Shown piece by piece: positions 1 to 11,391 of a stretch of 64,000 bases of DNA. The stretch is from contig DATNIB010000049.1 of the NCBI GenBank assembly GCA_035604685.1, forward strand, positions 8,324-72,323, written 5' to 3'. The notes under the pieces were generated by a model, which saw only the letters and a list, made by a program, of their open reading frames with translations, searched no databases and was not told where the DNA came from. This DNA comes from Acidimicrobiales bacterium. GTDB lineage: Bacteria; Actinomycetota; Acidimicrobiia; Acidimicrobiales; RAAP-2. Numbering within the stretch: the first letter of the stretch is position 1; the number at the start of each line of letters is the position of its first letter. A program made the position numbers and the translations under genes.

Positions 1-706
1 GGGTCACCACATCGGCGATCCCCACCGGATTGGGGTGGACGCCTCCGGCGATCAGCCCGGCCGGGTGGGCGGCGTCGAACATGAAGAGGGCGCCGACGGA
101 GTCGGCGATCTCGCGGAAGGGCAGCGGATCGATGACCCGGGCGTAGGCGGTCGAACCGGCCACGATGAGGCGGGGTCGTTCGGCCTTCGCCTGATCGGCC
201 AACCGGTCGAAGTCGATCACCTCGCCCGGCTTGTCGTCGTCGTCGCTGGCCGGCGACACGCCGTAAGAGACGAAGCGCCAGATCTTGCTCGTGATCGAGG
301 CGGGTGACCCGTGGGTCAGGTGCCCGCCGTGGTCGAGGCGCATGGCGAGCACGGTGTCCCCGGGCTTGAGCAGCGCCTGGTACGCAGCCAGGTTGGCGTT
401 CGCCCCCGCGTGCGGCTGGACGTTGGCGTGCTCGGCGCCGAACAGGTTGGCCAGGCGGTCGCGGGCCACGTCCTCGATCTCGTCGATTACCCGGTTCCCG
501 CCGTAGTACCGACGGCCCGGGTAGCCCTCCGAGTACTTGTTGGTGAGGACCGAGCCGCAGGCGGCCAGCACCGCCGGCGACACGAAGTTCTCGGACGCGA
601 TCAGCTGCAGCGTCGTCGTCTGCCGGGTGGTCTCCTGGGCGATGAGGCCCGCCACCTCGGGGTCCGACGCCAGCCAGTTCTCGAGGGGCAAGCCGGCGGC
701 GCTCAC
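1..706 (-). CDS. glyA: serine hydroxymethyltransferase (N-terminal part; the gene runs off the left edge)
   Basis: Absent from the ORF track because it is truncated by the window edge. My reverse-complement translation from GTG 706-704 reads [70 protein letters not shown]...[11 protein letters not shown], which is the canonical SHMT N-terminus and motifs. Confidence 0.9.
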   Translation of the reverse strand, partial: MSAAGLPLENWLASDPEVAGLIAQETTRQTTTLQLIASENFVSPAVLAACGSVLTNKYSEGYPGRRYYGGNRVIDEIEDVARDRLANLFGAEHANVQPHAGANANLAAYQALLKPGDTVLAMRLDHGGHLTHGSPASITSKIWRFVSYGVSPASDDDDKPGEVIDFDRLADQAKAERPRLIVAGSTAYARVIDPLPFREIADSVGALFMFDAAHPAGLIAGGVHPNPVGIADVVT

Positions 707-789
707 GCGCCCGAGTGTACTGATCGACCGGGACCCGCCCCGGCGAGGAGGGAGCACCGGCCGGCCCCCGCCGGTACGCTCGCCCGGCG

Positions 790-2331
790 ATGGCGCTCGA
801 CCCGAGAACCCCCATCCTGGTGGGGGTCGGCCAGGTCACCAGCCGCCCGGAGCCCGGCCGAGCGCTCGAGGACCGCCCGTCGCCGTTCGACCTGATGGTG
901 GCTGCGCTGCGCGCGGCGGCCGAAGACTGCACCGGGGCCGCCCCGGGTGACACCGGCTGCGCCGGCGCCCGGCTGCTGGGGCGGGCGGACAGCGTGCGCG
1001 TGGTACGCAGCCTCGACTGGCATCCGACCAACCCGGCCCTGGCGGTGGCCGAGCGCCTCGGCATTCAACCGCGAGAGACCCTTCTCACGGCCATCGGGGG
1101 CAACATGCCCCAGTCCCTCCTCTTCGACTCGGCCGCCGCGATCGCCAGGGGAGACCTCGACGTCGTCGCGGTCACCGGCGCCGAGTGCGGACACACCCGC
1201 GCCGTCATCCGGCGACACCCCGACCGGCCCCGCCTCTCCTGGATCGGCCTGGCCGCGGACGACGCGGCCGCCCCGCGCCAGTTCGGCACGGACCGCGCGC
1301 CGTCGACCGAGGTGGAGCAGCAGCACGGCATGCTCCTGCCGATCCAGGCCTACCCGCTCCTCGAGAACGCGCTGCGGGTCTCTCAAGGCCTCACCCGCAC
1401 GGCCCAGCTGGCCCGTATCGGGGAATTGTGGTCCCGGTTCTCGTCGGTGGCGGCGACCAACCCCTACGCGTGGATCACGGCGGCCAGCACCGCGCAGGAT
1501 CTCGTGACGCCGAGCCCCGCCAACCGCATGGTGGCCTTCCCCTATCCCAAGCGCTGTACGGCCAACATCCAGGTCGATCAGGGCGCCGCTTACCTGTGCT
1601 GCTCGGTCGATGCGGCAAGGGCGGCCGGCATTCCGAGCGACCGCTGGGTGTTCCCACTGTCGGGGGCCGAGGCCAACGACCACTGGTTCCTCTCCGAACG
1701 AGACGAGCTCGGGGCCTCGCCCGCGATCCGGCTCTCGGGCCGGCGGGCGCTGCAGCTGGCGGGTATCGGCGTCGATGACCTGGCGTTCGTCGATCTGTAC
1801 TCCTGCTTCCCCTGCATCGTCGAGATCGCCGCCGCCGAACTCGGCCTCGACCTCGACGGGCCCATCGAGCGGCTCACGCTCACCGGCGGCCTCACGTTCG
1901 CGGGCGGGCCGGGCAACAACTACACGAGCCACGGCATCGCTTCGCTCGTGCCGAAGCTCCGCGCGCAGCCGGACGCGGTCGGCATGACCACGGGCAACGG
2001 GTGGTTCGCCACCAAGCACGCCCTCGGCCTGTACTCGGGCCGTCCCCCCGAGGGGCCCGGCTTCCGAGCCGAGAACGTCCAGCCGGCGGTGGACGCGCTG
2101 CCCAATCGGGCGTGGGTGGCCGAGGCCGACGGCGACGTCTCACTCGAGACGTTCACCGTCACCTACGACCGCGACGGCGCCGCCGAGCAGGCGATCGTCG
2201 TCTCCCGGACACCCAAGGGCGAGCGGGTCTGGGCGAACAGCCAGGACCCCGGCGTCATCGAGACGCTGGTCGGCGCCGAGGTCCTGGGAACCGCCGGGCG
2301 GCTCTCGGGCGGCCGCTTCGATTTCCGCTAA
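790..2331 (+). CDS. thiolase-like (acetyl-CoA acetyltransferase family) protein with an extra ~100-aa C-terminal domain
   Basis: 513-aa ORF. Thiolase-like stretches include [19 protein letters not shown] and [17 protein letters not shown]. The C-terminal tail ([38 protein letters not shown]) resembles an OB-fold/DUF35-type add-on. Family-level call only. Confidence 0.6.
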   Translation: MALDPRTPILVGVGQVTSRPEPGRALEDRPSPFDLMVAALRAAAEDCTGAAPGDTGCAGARLLGRADSVRVVRSLDWHPTNPALAVAERLGIQPRETLLTAIGGNMPQSLLFDSAAAIARGDLDVVAVTGAECGHTRAVIRRHPDRPRLSWIGLAADDAAAPRQFGTDRAPSTEVEQQHGMLLPIQAYPLLENALRVSQGLTRTAQLARIGELWSRFSSVAATNPYAWITAASTAQDLVTPSPANRMVAFPYPKRCTANIQVDQGAAYLCCSVDAARAAGIPSDRWVFPLSGAEANDHWFLSERDELGASPAIRLSGRRALQLAGIGVDDLAFVDLYSCFPCIVEIAAAELGLDLDGPIERLTLTGGLTFAGGPGNNYTSHGIASLVPKLRAQPDAVGMTTGNGWFATKHALGLYSGRPPEGPGFRAENVQPAVDALPNRAWVAEADGDVSLETFTVTYDRDGAAEQAIVVSRTPKGERVWANSQDPGVIETLVGAEVLGTAGRLSGGRFDFR

Positions 2332-2948
2332 CGCCCGCCGGCGTCCGACAGGACGGCGTCGATGTCGCGCCAGGGCACTCCGCCGTCGCGCAGGCACCGG
2401 GCCGGCTCCACCGTGCAGTCCACGACGGTCGAGGGGATCCCGTCACACAGACCCCCGTCAACCGCGAGCGCGGGTCCGGCGTCCACCGGAAAGGCCGTGC
2501 CGAGCTCGTTTAACGTCGTGGCCGGCGGGACACCGTGGCGGTTGGCGCTCGTCACCGCGAGCGGACCCAGCGCGGCGCACAGCGCGCCGAGCACGCCGTG
2601 CCGGGGCCAGCGCACACCGACGGTGTCCCCCGACCCCCCGACCAGCCCGCCGATGACGGCCGATGCCGGGACGACCAGCGTCAGTGCGCCAGGCCAGAAG
2701 TGCCGGGCCAGAAGGTCGGCGCTCTCGGGCCAGTCGGCGGCCACCGCCCTGGCCTGCTCGAGACTGCCGACGATCACCGGCACCGCCCGCTCGGTGGATC
2801 GCGCCTTCAGCGAGAACAGCGCCGCCACGCCCTCCGTGCTGAGGCGCGCGGCCAGGCCGTAGACGGTGTCGGTGGGGACCGCGACGACGAGCCCCGACTC
2901 GAGTGCGGCGATCGCCGCCGCGAGCTCGTCCGCTGTGATCACCTGCAC
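2328..2948 (-). CDS. tsaC: L-threonylcarbamoyladenylate synthase (TsaC/YwlC/Sua5 family)
   Basis: 206 aa. The N-terminus has VVAVPTDTVYGLAARL and SLKARSTERAVPVIVGS, typical of YrdC/Sua5. It sits downstream of prfA-prmC, as in many bacteria. Confidence 0.8.
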   Translation of the reverse strand: MQVITADELAAAIAALESGLVVAVPTDTVYGLAARLSTEGVAALFSLKARSTERAVPVIVGSLEQARAVAADWPESADLLARHFWPGALTLVVPASAVIGGLVGGSGDTVGVRWPRHGVLGALCAALGPLAVTSANRHGVPPATTLNELGTAFPVDAGPALAVDGGLCDGIPSTVVDCTVEPARCLRDGGVPWRDIDAVLSDAGGR

Positions 2949-2975
2949 CGACGCCCCGAGGCCGAGGATGGTCGC

Positions 2976-3865
2976 TCAGCGCCAGGTCGCGACGAGCACA
3001 CGGTCGCGTCCGGCCAGATCCGGTGCCACGCGGACCGCGGTGGCGCCGAGCTGGCGGGCGAACGCCTGGGCGGCGGCCGCTTGGGCCGGCGCGATCTCGA
3101 CGACCGCGGTCCCGGGCCTGTCCAGCCATCGCGGGGCACCGCGCAGCACGTCCTCCACCGCCGCCATTCCCGGCGTGGCATCGCGACCGTCGCCGGCGAC
3201 GAGCGCCGCTCTCGGCTCGTGGCAGCGGACCACGGCGTCGAGCTCGGTCCACTCGGCCGCCGAGACGTAGGGCGGGTTGGACACCACCAGCTGCACCCGA
3301 CCGACCAGCGCCCCCGGCAGCGCTTCCCACCAGTCGCCACCCCGAAGCCCCACGACCGCCGCGGCCGCCGCGTCGCGCTGGCGCAGCGCCTCGAGGTTCC
3401 GCCGGGCGACCGCCAACGCGTCCTCGCTGGCGTCGCAGCACCAGACCGCCGATGGCGCGGCCACGCCGGTCGCCTCGGCCGCCAGGGCCAGGCCGATTGC
3501 GCCCGATCCCGTCCCGAGATCTGCGACCACCGGGCCGGGACGGGCCCATCGCAATTCGGCCAACACGCCGAGGGCGACGTCGACCAGGTGCTCGGTCTCG
3601 GGCCGCGGGATGAGCACGCGGCCGTCGACGAGCAGGTCCAGGGTGCGAAACGGCCAGTGACCGAGCACATACTGGAGGGGCTCCCCGTCGCGTCGCCGTC
3701 GGGTCAACGCCTCGAGCTGGGAACGCTCGGCGTCGCTGACCGGATCAGCCACGCCCCGGACGCCCAGCACCTCCGCTGCGATCCAGCGGGCCTCCCGTCG
3801 AGAACCCAGCTGCTCGGCCATCGCCGTCTCGACCCGGCCGCGGTCGGCCACCGTCGTCTCCCGGT

Positions 3866-3869
<4 letters not shown>
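2976..3869 (-). CDS. prmC: peptide chain release factor N5-glutamine methyltransferase
   Basis: 297 aa with a SAM motif (DLGTGSGAIGLALA) and the catalytic VSNPPYV (NPPY) motif. It overlaps the prfA stop by 4 nt. Confidence 0.85.
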
Positions 3870-4945
<1,076 letters not shown>

Positions 4946-5004
4946 CTGATCAGGCTAGGGCGCACTCGCGCGCACCGGGTCCCCGAACTCGGCGTGGGTC
5001 CGCC

Positions 5005-5025
5005 CGGCCGCCATGACGGCGGCCG
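5005..5025 (-). terminator. GC hairpin between rpmE and prfA (possible terminator or attenuator, no U-tract)
   Basis: cggccgcc (5005-5012) pairs with ggcggccg (5018-5025) around a 5-nt loop. It lies 10 nt downstream of the rpmE stop on the minus strand. Confidence 0.25.
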
Positions 5026-5034
5026 AGGAGGGGC

Positions 5035-5244
5035 CTACTTGGTCTTGCGGCGACCGTAGCGGCGCTCGAAGCGCTCGACCCGGCCACCCGAGTCGACCAG
5101 CTTCTGCTTGCCGGTGAAGAAGGGGTGGCACTCGTTGCAGAGCTCGACGTGGAGGTCCGACTTGGTCGAGCGCGTGGTGAACGTGCTCCCACACGAGCAG
5201 CGGACGTTGGCCGTGGTGTACTCGGGGTGGATGCCTGCCTTCAT
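5035..5244 (-). CDS. rpmE: 50S ribosomal protein L31 (Zn-ribbon form)
   Basis: [27 protein letters not shown]...[14 protein letters not shown] trimmed the start to ATG 5244, which is preceded by an AAGGAG RBS. The tracked ORF starts 12 codons further upstream. Confidence 0.9.
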   Translation of the reverse strand: MKAGIHPEYTTANVRCSCGSTFTTRSTKSDLHVELCNECHPFFTGKQKLVDSGGRVERFERRYGRRKTK

Positions 5245-5318
5245 CGTTCGCTCCTTACTCGTGCAGTAGTCCAAGGCCAAACCGGCGGCCGGTATTCCCG
5301 CGACCCGATCTCCGCCGG

Positions 5319-7076
5319 TCAGCCGTTGGGCGTGGCGCCCTTGGCGATCTCGGCCAGGAACTCGTCGTTGGACTTCGTGGTGCGGATCTTGTCCATCAAG
5401 AGTTCGAGACCCGGTGCCGCATTGCCCTCGTTGGCCAGGGCGTTGAGCACCCGGCGCAGCTTCCAGACCTGCTGGAGCTGGCCCCGGTCGAAGAGCAGCT
5501 CCTCGTGGCGGGTGGAACTCGCATTCACGTCGATGGACGGGTAGAGGCGACGCTCCGCCAGGCGCCGGTCGAGGCGGAGCTCCATGTTCCCGGTGCCCTT
5601 GAACTCCTCGAAGATGACCTCGTCCATCTTGGAGCCGGTCTCGACCAGGGCGGTGGCGAGGATGGTAAGCGAGCCGCCCTCTTCGATGTTGCGGGCCGCA
5701 CCGAAGAACTTCTTCGGCGGGTACAGGGCGCCCGAGTCGACACCACCCGACATGATTCGGCCGGTGGCCGGCTGGGCCAGGTTGTAGGCACGGGCGAGGC
5801 GCGTGATGCCGTCGAGGAGGATCACCACGTCGGTCCCGAGCTCCACCAGGCGCTTGGCCCGCTCGATGGCCATCTCGGCCACCATGGTGTGCTCCTCGGA
5901 CGGACGGTCGAAGGTCGAGGCGACGACCTCGCCGCTCGAGATCGAACGGCGCATGTCGGTGACCTCTTCGGGGCGCTCGGCGACGAGGAGCACCATGAGG
6001 TGGACGCCCGGGTTGTTGGCCTCGATCGAGTGGGCGATCTGCTTCATCACGGTCGTCTTGCCGGCCTTGGGCGGTGAGACGATCAGCCCACGCTGACCCT
6101 TCCCGATCGGCGAGAGCAGGTCGACGATGCGGGCGGTCAGGTTGTCTTTGTCCCCCGGCATTTCCAAGACGAGCTTGGAGTCGGGGAACAGCGGGGTCAG
6201 ATCCTCAAAACGCGGGCGGTTGCGAGCCGCCTCGGGCTCGAGACCGGCGACGGCGTCGATCCGCAGGAGCGCCGGGTACTTCTCGTTGTTGGAGGCCGGC
6301 CGGAAGGCTCCCTCGATGAAGTCACCCTTGCGCAGCGCGAACCGCCGCGCCTGGCTGATCGACACGTACACGTCCTTGGAGGACGGGAGGTAGCCGTCGC
6401 AGCGCACGAAGCCGTAGCCCTCGTCACGGAGGTCGAGCAGGCCGCGCACCTCGACCAGGTCACCCTGGTACGCGCTGTCCTGGGTGGCACTGCCCTGCAG
6501 CTCGCGCTCGCCACCCGGCCCGCGCTCGCGGCCGCGGCGGCGGCGGCCCCGCCGGTTGTTCGGGTCGATGGCGCCGGCCGCACTGTGCTGTTGCTGGCCG
6601 GGGTGTCGCGGCCCTTGGCGTTGCTGGGTCGTCCGGGCACCCCCCGACCGGAATTCGCCGTCGCCGGCGGAGGCGCCGTTGCTGGCCACGCCGTTGCGAC
6701 CGGGCGCATCGAGGGATTCGGCGTCGCCGTCCTCGGCATCGAGCTGATCACTCTCGAGCTCGTCGGCATCGAGGTCCTCGGACGAGGCCACGGCCCCGGA
6801 CGTGACTCGGCCGTTGCCGACGGCTTCGTCGGCGTCCTCGGCGCTGAATGCCTCGATCGTCGAGCCGTTCAGCGCGCTGGAGCCGTTGGTGCCGGGCCGG
6901 GGCAGCGACCGATCACCGTTGGACGGCACGCCGGCCGCCTCCAGGATCTGGTCGATGATGTCGGCCTTCTTCGACCGAGTGGTCGTCTTCAGCGACATCG
7001 CCTGCGCGATGGCTTGGAGCTCGTCTCGCTCCTTGGACTCGAGTACGGACCGTTCGAGCTGCTGTTCGGCAGTCAT
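5319..7076 (-). CDS. rho: transcription termination factor Rho with a long N-terminal insertion
   Basis: Walker A is present ([15 protein letters not shown]), as are the RNA-binding OB region ([20 protein letters not shown]) and the C-terminal Rho core. I chose ATG 7076 as the start because a GAGGAGG RBS lies inside the first 4 tracked codons. Confidence 0.95.
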   Translation of the reverse strand: MTAEQQLERSVLESKERDELQAIAQAMSLKTTTRSKKADIIDQILEAAGVPSNGDRSLPRPGTNGSSALNGSTIEAFSAEDADEAVGNGRVTSGAVASSEDLDADELESDQLDAEDGDAESLDAPGRNGVASNGASAGDGEFRSGGARTTQQRQGPRHPGQQQHSAAGAIDPNNRRGRRRRGRERGPGGERELQGSATQDSAYQGDLVEVRGLLDLRDEGYGFVRCDGYLPSSKDVYVSISQARRFALRKGDFIEGAFRPASNNEKYPALLRIDAVAGLEPEAARNRPRFEDLTPLFPDSKLVLEMPGDKDNLTARIVDLLSPIGKGQRGLIVSPPKAGKTTVMKQIAHSIEANNPGVHLMVLLVAERPEEVTDMRRSISSGEVVASTFDRPSEEHTMVAEMAIERAKRLVELGTDVVILLDGITRLARAYNLAQPATGRIMSGGVDSGALYPPKKFFGAARNIEEGGSLTILATALVETGSKMDEVIFEEFKGTGNMELRLDRRLAERRLYPSIDVNASSTRHEELLFDRGQLQQVWKLRRVLNALANEGNAAPGLELLMDKIRTTKSNDEFLAEIAKGATPNG

Positions 7077-7801
7077 CGGCCTCCTCATTTCTTCGAACCG
7101 TCGCCCAGGTGACCTGCGTCACTGCGACGTTTCGGGAACAGGGACAGGGGGATCATCCGGCTGGATGGTCCGACCCCCATCGCCACCGGCTCGGGATCTT
7201 CGTCAGGGTCCGAAATGGAGCCGCGACCGACGTCCCGGAGTACAGGTGGGGATGTGCCCATGATAGCGGGTTCGCTCGAAGCGCGGCAACACACCCGCCA
7301 ACGACTGGCGCTGCGGGCGGCCAGGCACCCCGCCTGGGTGTTCGATCCTCCGAGAATCGCCTCGCCGGACCCAAACGGACGATCCGTTGCCGGAGGCGGC
7401 GAGCGATGCCGCAGGACGGCGGCGCAGCGCCGCGGGTGGCGGTCGAGCCGCGACCGACGGCTCGGCCGGGCCGACGGCCCGCCCGCTGGCCCTCGGCGGG
7501 TGCCCACCAGGACCGGAGACACCGGCCGAAATGAACCGGGAAGAACCGTCCGAGATCCGTCTGAGCCGGCCGGTTCTCGTGCCCCCGCGCGGCGCAAGGC
7601 CCGGACATCGGATTTCCGATATAGGTGGCCGGGCGCGCCTCGGAGCCGAGCGTCACATACTGGGAAGACGCGCCGGCAACCGCCGATCTTTTGGGCCCTG
7701 AGGGCGACCCAACGCGGCCCGCGATCGACCATTACACCGTTTCTGGGACCCGACATCGTAATCTTTTTGCTACGCGCCCTCTTTCTTGGATTCGGTCACG
7801 G

Positions 7802-10327
7802 ATGCCGCACGTGCAACAGCGGTTTACGTCGCGGTCGGGTGCCGACGGGGCCCCCGACGATCCGACGCGCCAATCGCGCCGGATCTTCCGCCGGATGTCC
7901 GTCGCTTGGATCGCGCTCGCGATCGGCCTGACCGGATCGGCCATCGGCGCGGTCAGGTGGAGCGGGTACGTGCGCTCCCAGCAACAGACCGAGCTCCGGA
8001 TCGCCACCAACACGGCGGCGGTCACCTTGACCTCCGAGATCCAGCGGGACGAGGACCTGGTTCGCACCGTGCGCGCATTGGTGGTCACCAACCCCAACGC
8101 CACCAACGCCCAGCTCCAGGCGCTCTTCACCAACCTCGGTCCCCAGCGCTACGCGGGCACCCTCGGGCTCGCCTACATCGAGCGCGTCCCCCTCAGCGAC
8201 CTGCCTGACTACCAGGCGACAGCGGCAGCCGACCCGCCACTCGGCGTTCCCGCCAGCGGCAACTTCGCCCTCGAACCGCCAGGGAACCGGGCGCAGTACT
8301 GCCTCGGCCGGCTGACCGCCGTCAATCCGACCGTCTTGATGGCGCACGGCAAGGGCATCAACTCCGTCGCCGGCGTGACGCCGGCCGACATCCAGCGACT
8401 GCTCGACCCGGGCTACGACTACTGCGACAGCTCCTTCGCACCCCTGCTGGCGGCCGCCGCGGACCGGAACCTGCCGACCGTGAGCTCGCTGGCCGCGGTG
8501 CTGACTCCGGCCGGCACGAACGCCGCCGGTCACCAGGCCGCGCTCCAGCGAGCGCTGCGCATCGGCAGCCCGATGGAGATCACCATGCCCGTCTACCGCC
8601 CGGGGGCCCCGCTCGCCACGACGGCCCAGCGCCAGGCCGCACTCATGGGGTGGACCGGGAGCGTGTTCGATCCGAAGGCGCTGGCGGCTCCGGTGCTGCG
8701 CGCCGCCCCCGGCCTGTCGCTCACAGTCAGCTACCACAGCCCGACCGGCCCCAGCCTCCAGGTGATCCACGCCGGCACGGCGAGGCCCGGGGCCAGCATG
8801 CGCTCCATGGGGCTGCACGCCCAGGGGAACTGGACGGTGGTCATCGGGCTCGTGCCGACCGTGGGGTCGGCCACCGTGCAGGGTCTCGGCGTCCTCGGCG
8901 GGGGGCTGGTGGCGACCGTGCTCCTCTTCTTCCTCCTGGCCAGCCTGGCCCAGTCCCGCGCCAGCGCGCTCGAGATCGCCGAAGAGAAGACGAACGAGCT
9001 TCGACACCGCTCCCTGCACGACTCGCTCACCGGGCTGCCCAACCGGGACCTGATCCTCGACCGCGCCGCGCAGATGCTGACCCGGGCCCGGCGGGACCAC
9101 CTGCCGCTCGCCGCCCTGTTCATCGATCTGGACGGGTTCAACAGCGTCAACGACACCTTCGGCCACGCGGCGGGCGACCATCTGTTGAAGGCGATCGCCA
9201 GCCGGCTCACGAGTGCGCTGCGGGCCTCGGACACCGTCGGTCGAGTGGGCGGCGACGAGTTCATCGTGCTGGCCGAGGGCGTGTCGGTCGCCTCCGGGCC
9301 CGAGGTGATCGCCCGCCACCTCCTCGACGTCCTGGTCGAGCCGTTCCACGGCCCCCGCGACGGGGCGGGGCTACGCGTGACCGCCAGCATCGGCATCGCA
9401 TGGGGGCAGCGCAGCTCCGCGGAGGACCTGCTGCGCGACGCCGACATCGCGCTGCACGAGGCGAAGGCGGCCGGCAAGAACCGCTTCGTCGTCTTCGAGC
9501 CCGAGATGCACACCGCCGTGCGCGGCCGGCTCGACCTCGAGCTCGACCTCCGGCTGGCCCTGGACGACGACCAGTTCTTCCTCGTCTACCAGCCGACCTT
9601 CGATCTCGAGCAGGTGACCTTCAACGGCGTCGAGGCCCTGCTCCGCTGGCAGCACCCCACGCGGGGTGTCGTGGCGCCGAACGACTTCATCCCCCTCCTC
9701 GAGGAGACCGGCATGATCGTCCAGGTGGGCCGCGAAGTGCTGCTCCAGGCCTGTCGACAGACGCGGCGCTGGCACCAGCGCGGCTACGACGTGGCCGTGT
9801 CGGTCAACGTCTCTGCACTCCAGCTCGAGTCCGACGACTTCTTCGACGACGTGCGTCGGGCCCTCCACGACACCGGCCTCGACCCGCGCGCGCTCACGCT
9901 CGAGATCACCGAGAGCGCGCTCATGCGCGACGCGCTGACGGCGGTCGACCGGCTGCGCGCGCTGAAGACTCTCGGGATCACCCTCGCCATCGACGACTTC
10001 GGCACCGGCTACTCGTCCCTCTCCTACCTCCGACAGTTCCCGATCGACGTGCTGAAAATCGACCGCTCGTTCGTGAACGGCATGGTCGAGTCGGTCGAGG
10101 GCGGCGCGCTCATCCATACGATGGTGCAGCTGGGCCAGGCGCTGCGCCTACGCACGGTGGCCGAGGGGATCGAAACCGAGGAGCAGCTGCGGCACCTCCA
10201 AGACGAGGGCTGCCGGGACGGGCAGGGATACCTCTTCGCCCGTCCCATCTCGCCGAGCGAGGTCGAGCACTTCTTCGGGCGCTCCCTCGGGCAGTTCGGG
10301 CGCGCGGCCGCCGGCCTCGGCGTCTGA
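7802..10327 (+). CDS. membrane sensor diguanylate cyclase/phosphodiesterase (GGDEF + EAL)
   Basis: The GGDEF motif is intact (RVGGDEFIVLAEG). EAL-domain motifs are also intact (VEALLRW, DDFGTGYSSL, EGIETEEQ, QGYLFARP). Two TM segments (MSVAWIALAIGLTGSAIGAV; GLGVLGGGLVATVLLFFLLASLA) bracket a ~330-aa extracytoplasmic domain, possibly CHASE-like (uncertain). The start is uncertain: ATG 7802 or ATG 7895. Confidence 0.85.
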   Translation: MPHVQQRFTSRSGADGAPDDPTRQSRRIFRRMSVAWIALAIGLTGSAIGAVRWSGYVRSQQQTELRIATNTAAVTLTSEIQRDEDLVRTVRALVVTNPNATNAQLQALFTNLGPQRYAGTLGLAYIERVPLSDLPDYQATAAADPPLGVPASGNFALEPPGNRAQYCLGRLTAVNPTVLMAHGKGINSVAGVTPADIQRLLDPGYDYCDSSFAPLLAAAADRNLPTVSSLAAVLTPAGTNAAGHQAALQRALRIGSPMEITMPVYRPGAPLATTAQRQAALMGWTGSVFDPKALAAPVLRAAPGLSLTVSYHSPTGPSLQVIHAGTARPGASMRSMGLHAQGNWTVVIGLVPTVGSATVQGLGVLGGGLVATVLLFFLLASLAQSRASALEIAEEKTNELRHRSLHDSLTGLPNRDLILDRAAQMLTRARRDHLPLAALFIDLDGFNSVNDTFGHAAGDHLLKAIASRLTSALRASDTVGRVGGDEFIVLAEGVSVASGPEVIARHLLDVLVEPFHGPRDGAGLRVTASIGIAWGQRSSAEDLLRDADIALHEAKAAGKNRFVVFEPEMHTAVRGRLDLELDLRLALDDDQFFLVYQPTFDLEQVTFNGVEALLRWQHPTRGVVAPNDFIPLLEETGMIVQVGREVLLQACRQTRRWHQRGYDVAVSVNVSALQLESDDFFDDVRRALHDTGLDPRALTLEITESALMRDALTAVDRLRALKTLGITLAIDDFGTGYSSLSYLRQFPIDVLKIDRSFVNGMVESVEGGALIHTMVQLGQALRLRTVAEGIETEEQLRHLQDEGCRDGQGYLFARPISPSEVEHFFGRSLGQFGRAAAGLGV

Positions 10328-10348
10328 GCCCGCCGTCGGGCGGCCGGG

Positions 10349-11389
10349 TCAGGGAGCGAGGAACTCCAGGATGGCCTCGATGCGCGCGTCCACCACGCTC
10401 GGCACGTCAATCTGGCTGATGGCCAGGTCGGGGTCCTTCAACCCGTGCCCGGTCAGGACGCAGACGACGGTCGACTCCGGCGGCACCCCGGTCTGGAGCA
10501 ACCCCGCCACCGCGGCGGCCGACGCCGCCTCGCAGAAGACCGACTCCTCCTCGGCCAAGAACCGGTAGGCCTCGAGGATCTGCTCGTCGGTCACCGACGC
10601 GATGGCGCCGCCCGACTCGGTGGCAGCCGCCGCGGCGGCGGCCCAGCTGGCGGGGTTGCCGATCCGGATGGCGGTCGCCACCGTCTCGGGCTCGGCCACC
10701 GGATGACCGAGGACGATGGGCGCCGCCCCGGCGGCCTGGAAGCCGAGCAGGACCGGCAGCTTGGTGGCCCGGCCGGCGTCCTGGTACTCGCGATAGCCCT
10801 TCCAGTAGGCGGTGATGTTGCCGGCGTTGCCGACGGGGATGCAGTGGACGTCGGGCGCGTCACCCAGGACGTCGACGATCTCGAAGGCGCCGGTCTTCTG
10901 GCCCTCGATCCGGTAGGGGTTGATCGAGTTGACCACCGTCACCGGGGCCCGCGACGGCAACTCGCGGACGATGCGGAGCGCCTCGTCGAAGTTGCCCCGC
11001 ACCTGGAGGACGCGGGCCCCGTGCACGAGGGCCTGCGCCAGCTTGCCGAGGGCGATGTGGCCCTCGGGGATCAGCACGACGCAGGTCAGCTTCGCCCGCG
11101 CGGCGTACGCGGCGGCCGAGGCCGAGGTGTTGCCCGTCGAGGCGCACACCACCGCCTTCGCGCCCTCGCCGAGGGCCCGCGAGATCGCCATGGTCATGCC
11201 CCGGTCCTTGAACGAGCCGGTCGGGTTCGCGCCCTCGACCTTCAGCCAGACCTGGGCGCCGACCCGGGCGGAGAGCGCGGGCGCGCTGAGGAGCGGCGTC
11301 GCGCCCTCGAGCAGGGTGACGACCGGGGTGTCCGGCTCGACCGGGAGGAACTCGCGGTACTCCTCGACGATCCCCCGCCAGCCGGGCAT
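10349..11389 (-). CDS. thrC: threonine synthase
   Basis: Only the C-terminal 346 aa of the tracked 733-aa ORF are thrC: [17 protein letters not shown]...[15 protein letters not shown] (PLP lysine motif). ATG 11389 lies 2 nt after the hom stop. Confidence 0.9.
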   Translation of the reverse strand: MPGWRGIVEEYREFLPVEPDTPVVTLLEGATPLLSAPALSARVGAQVWLKVEGANPTGSFKDRGMTMAISRALGEGAKAVVCASTGNTSASAAAYAARAKLTCVVLIPEGHIALGKLAQALVHGARVLQVRGNFDEALRIVRELPSRAPVTVVNSINPYRIEGQKTGAFEIVDVLGDAPDVHCIPVGNAGNITAYWKGYREYQDAGRATKLPVLLGFQAAGAAPIVLGHPVAEPETVATAIRIGNPASWAAAAAAATESGGAIASVTDEQILEAYRFLAEEESVFCEAASAAAVAGLLQTGVPPESTVVCVLTGHGLKDPDLAISQIDVPSVVDARIEAILEFLAP

Positions 11390-11391
11390 CG

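Noticed and set aside
7077-7801. Whether the gap encodes RNase P RNA, tmRNA, SRP RNA or a c-di-GMP riboswitch.
   Set aside because: By eye I found no GAGGAAAGTCC-type P4 sequence, no tRNA-like 3' end with a tag ORF, no SRP GGAA tetraloop context and no GEMM-like core. This is only a visual check, and a covariance-model scan is still needed.
7085-7931. ORFs of 223 aa (minus), 238 aa (plus) and smaller inside the rho/GGDEF gap.
   Set aside because: They are Arg/Pro/Gly-rich, have no motifs and mutually overlap. I treat the region as non-coding (see the finding at 7077-7801).
8650-10419. A 589-aa plus-strand ORF and a 517-aa minus-strand ORF (7796..9349) over the GGDEF/EAL gene.
   Set aside because: These are alternative or antisense frames of a gene with clear GGDEF and EAL motifs. 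Their sequences are Arg/Pro-rich with no motifs.
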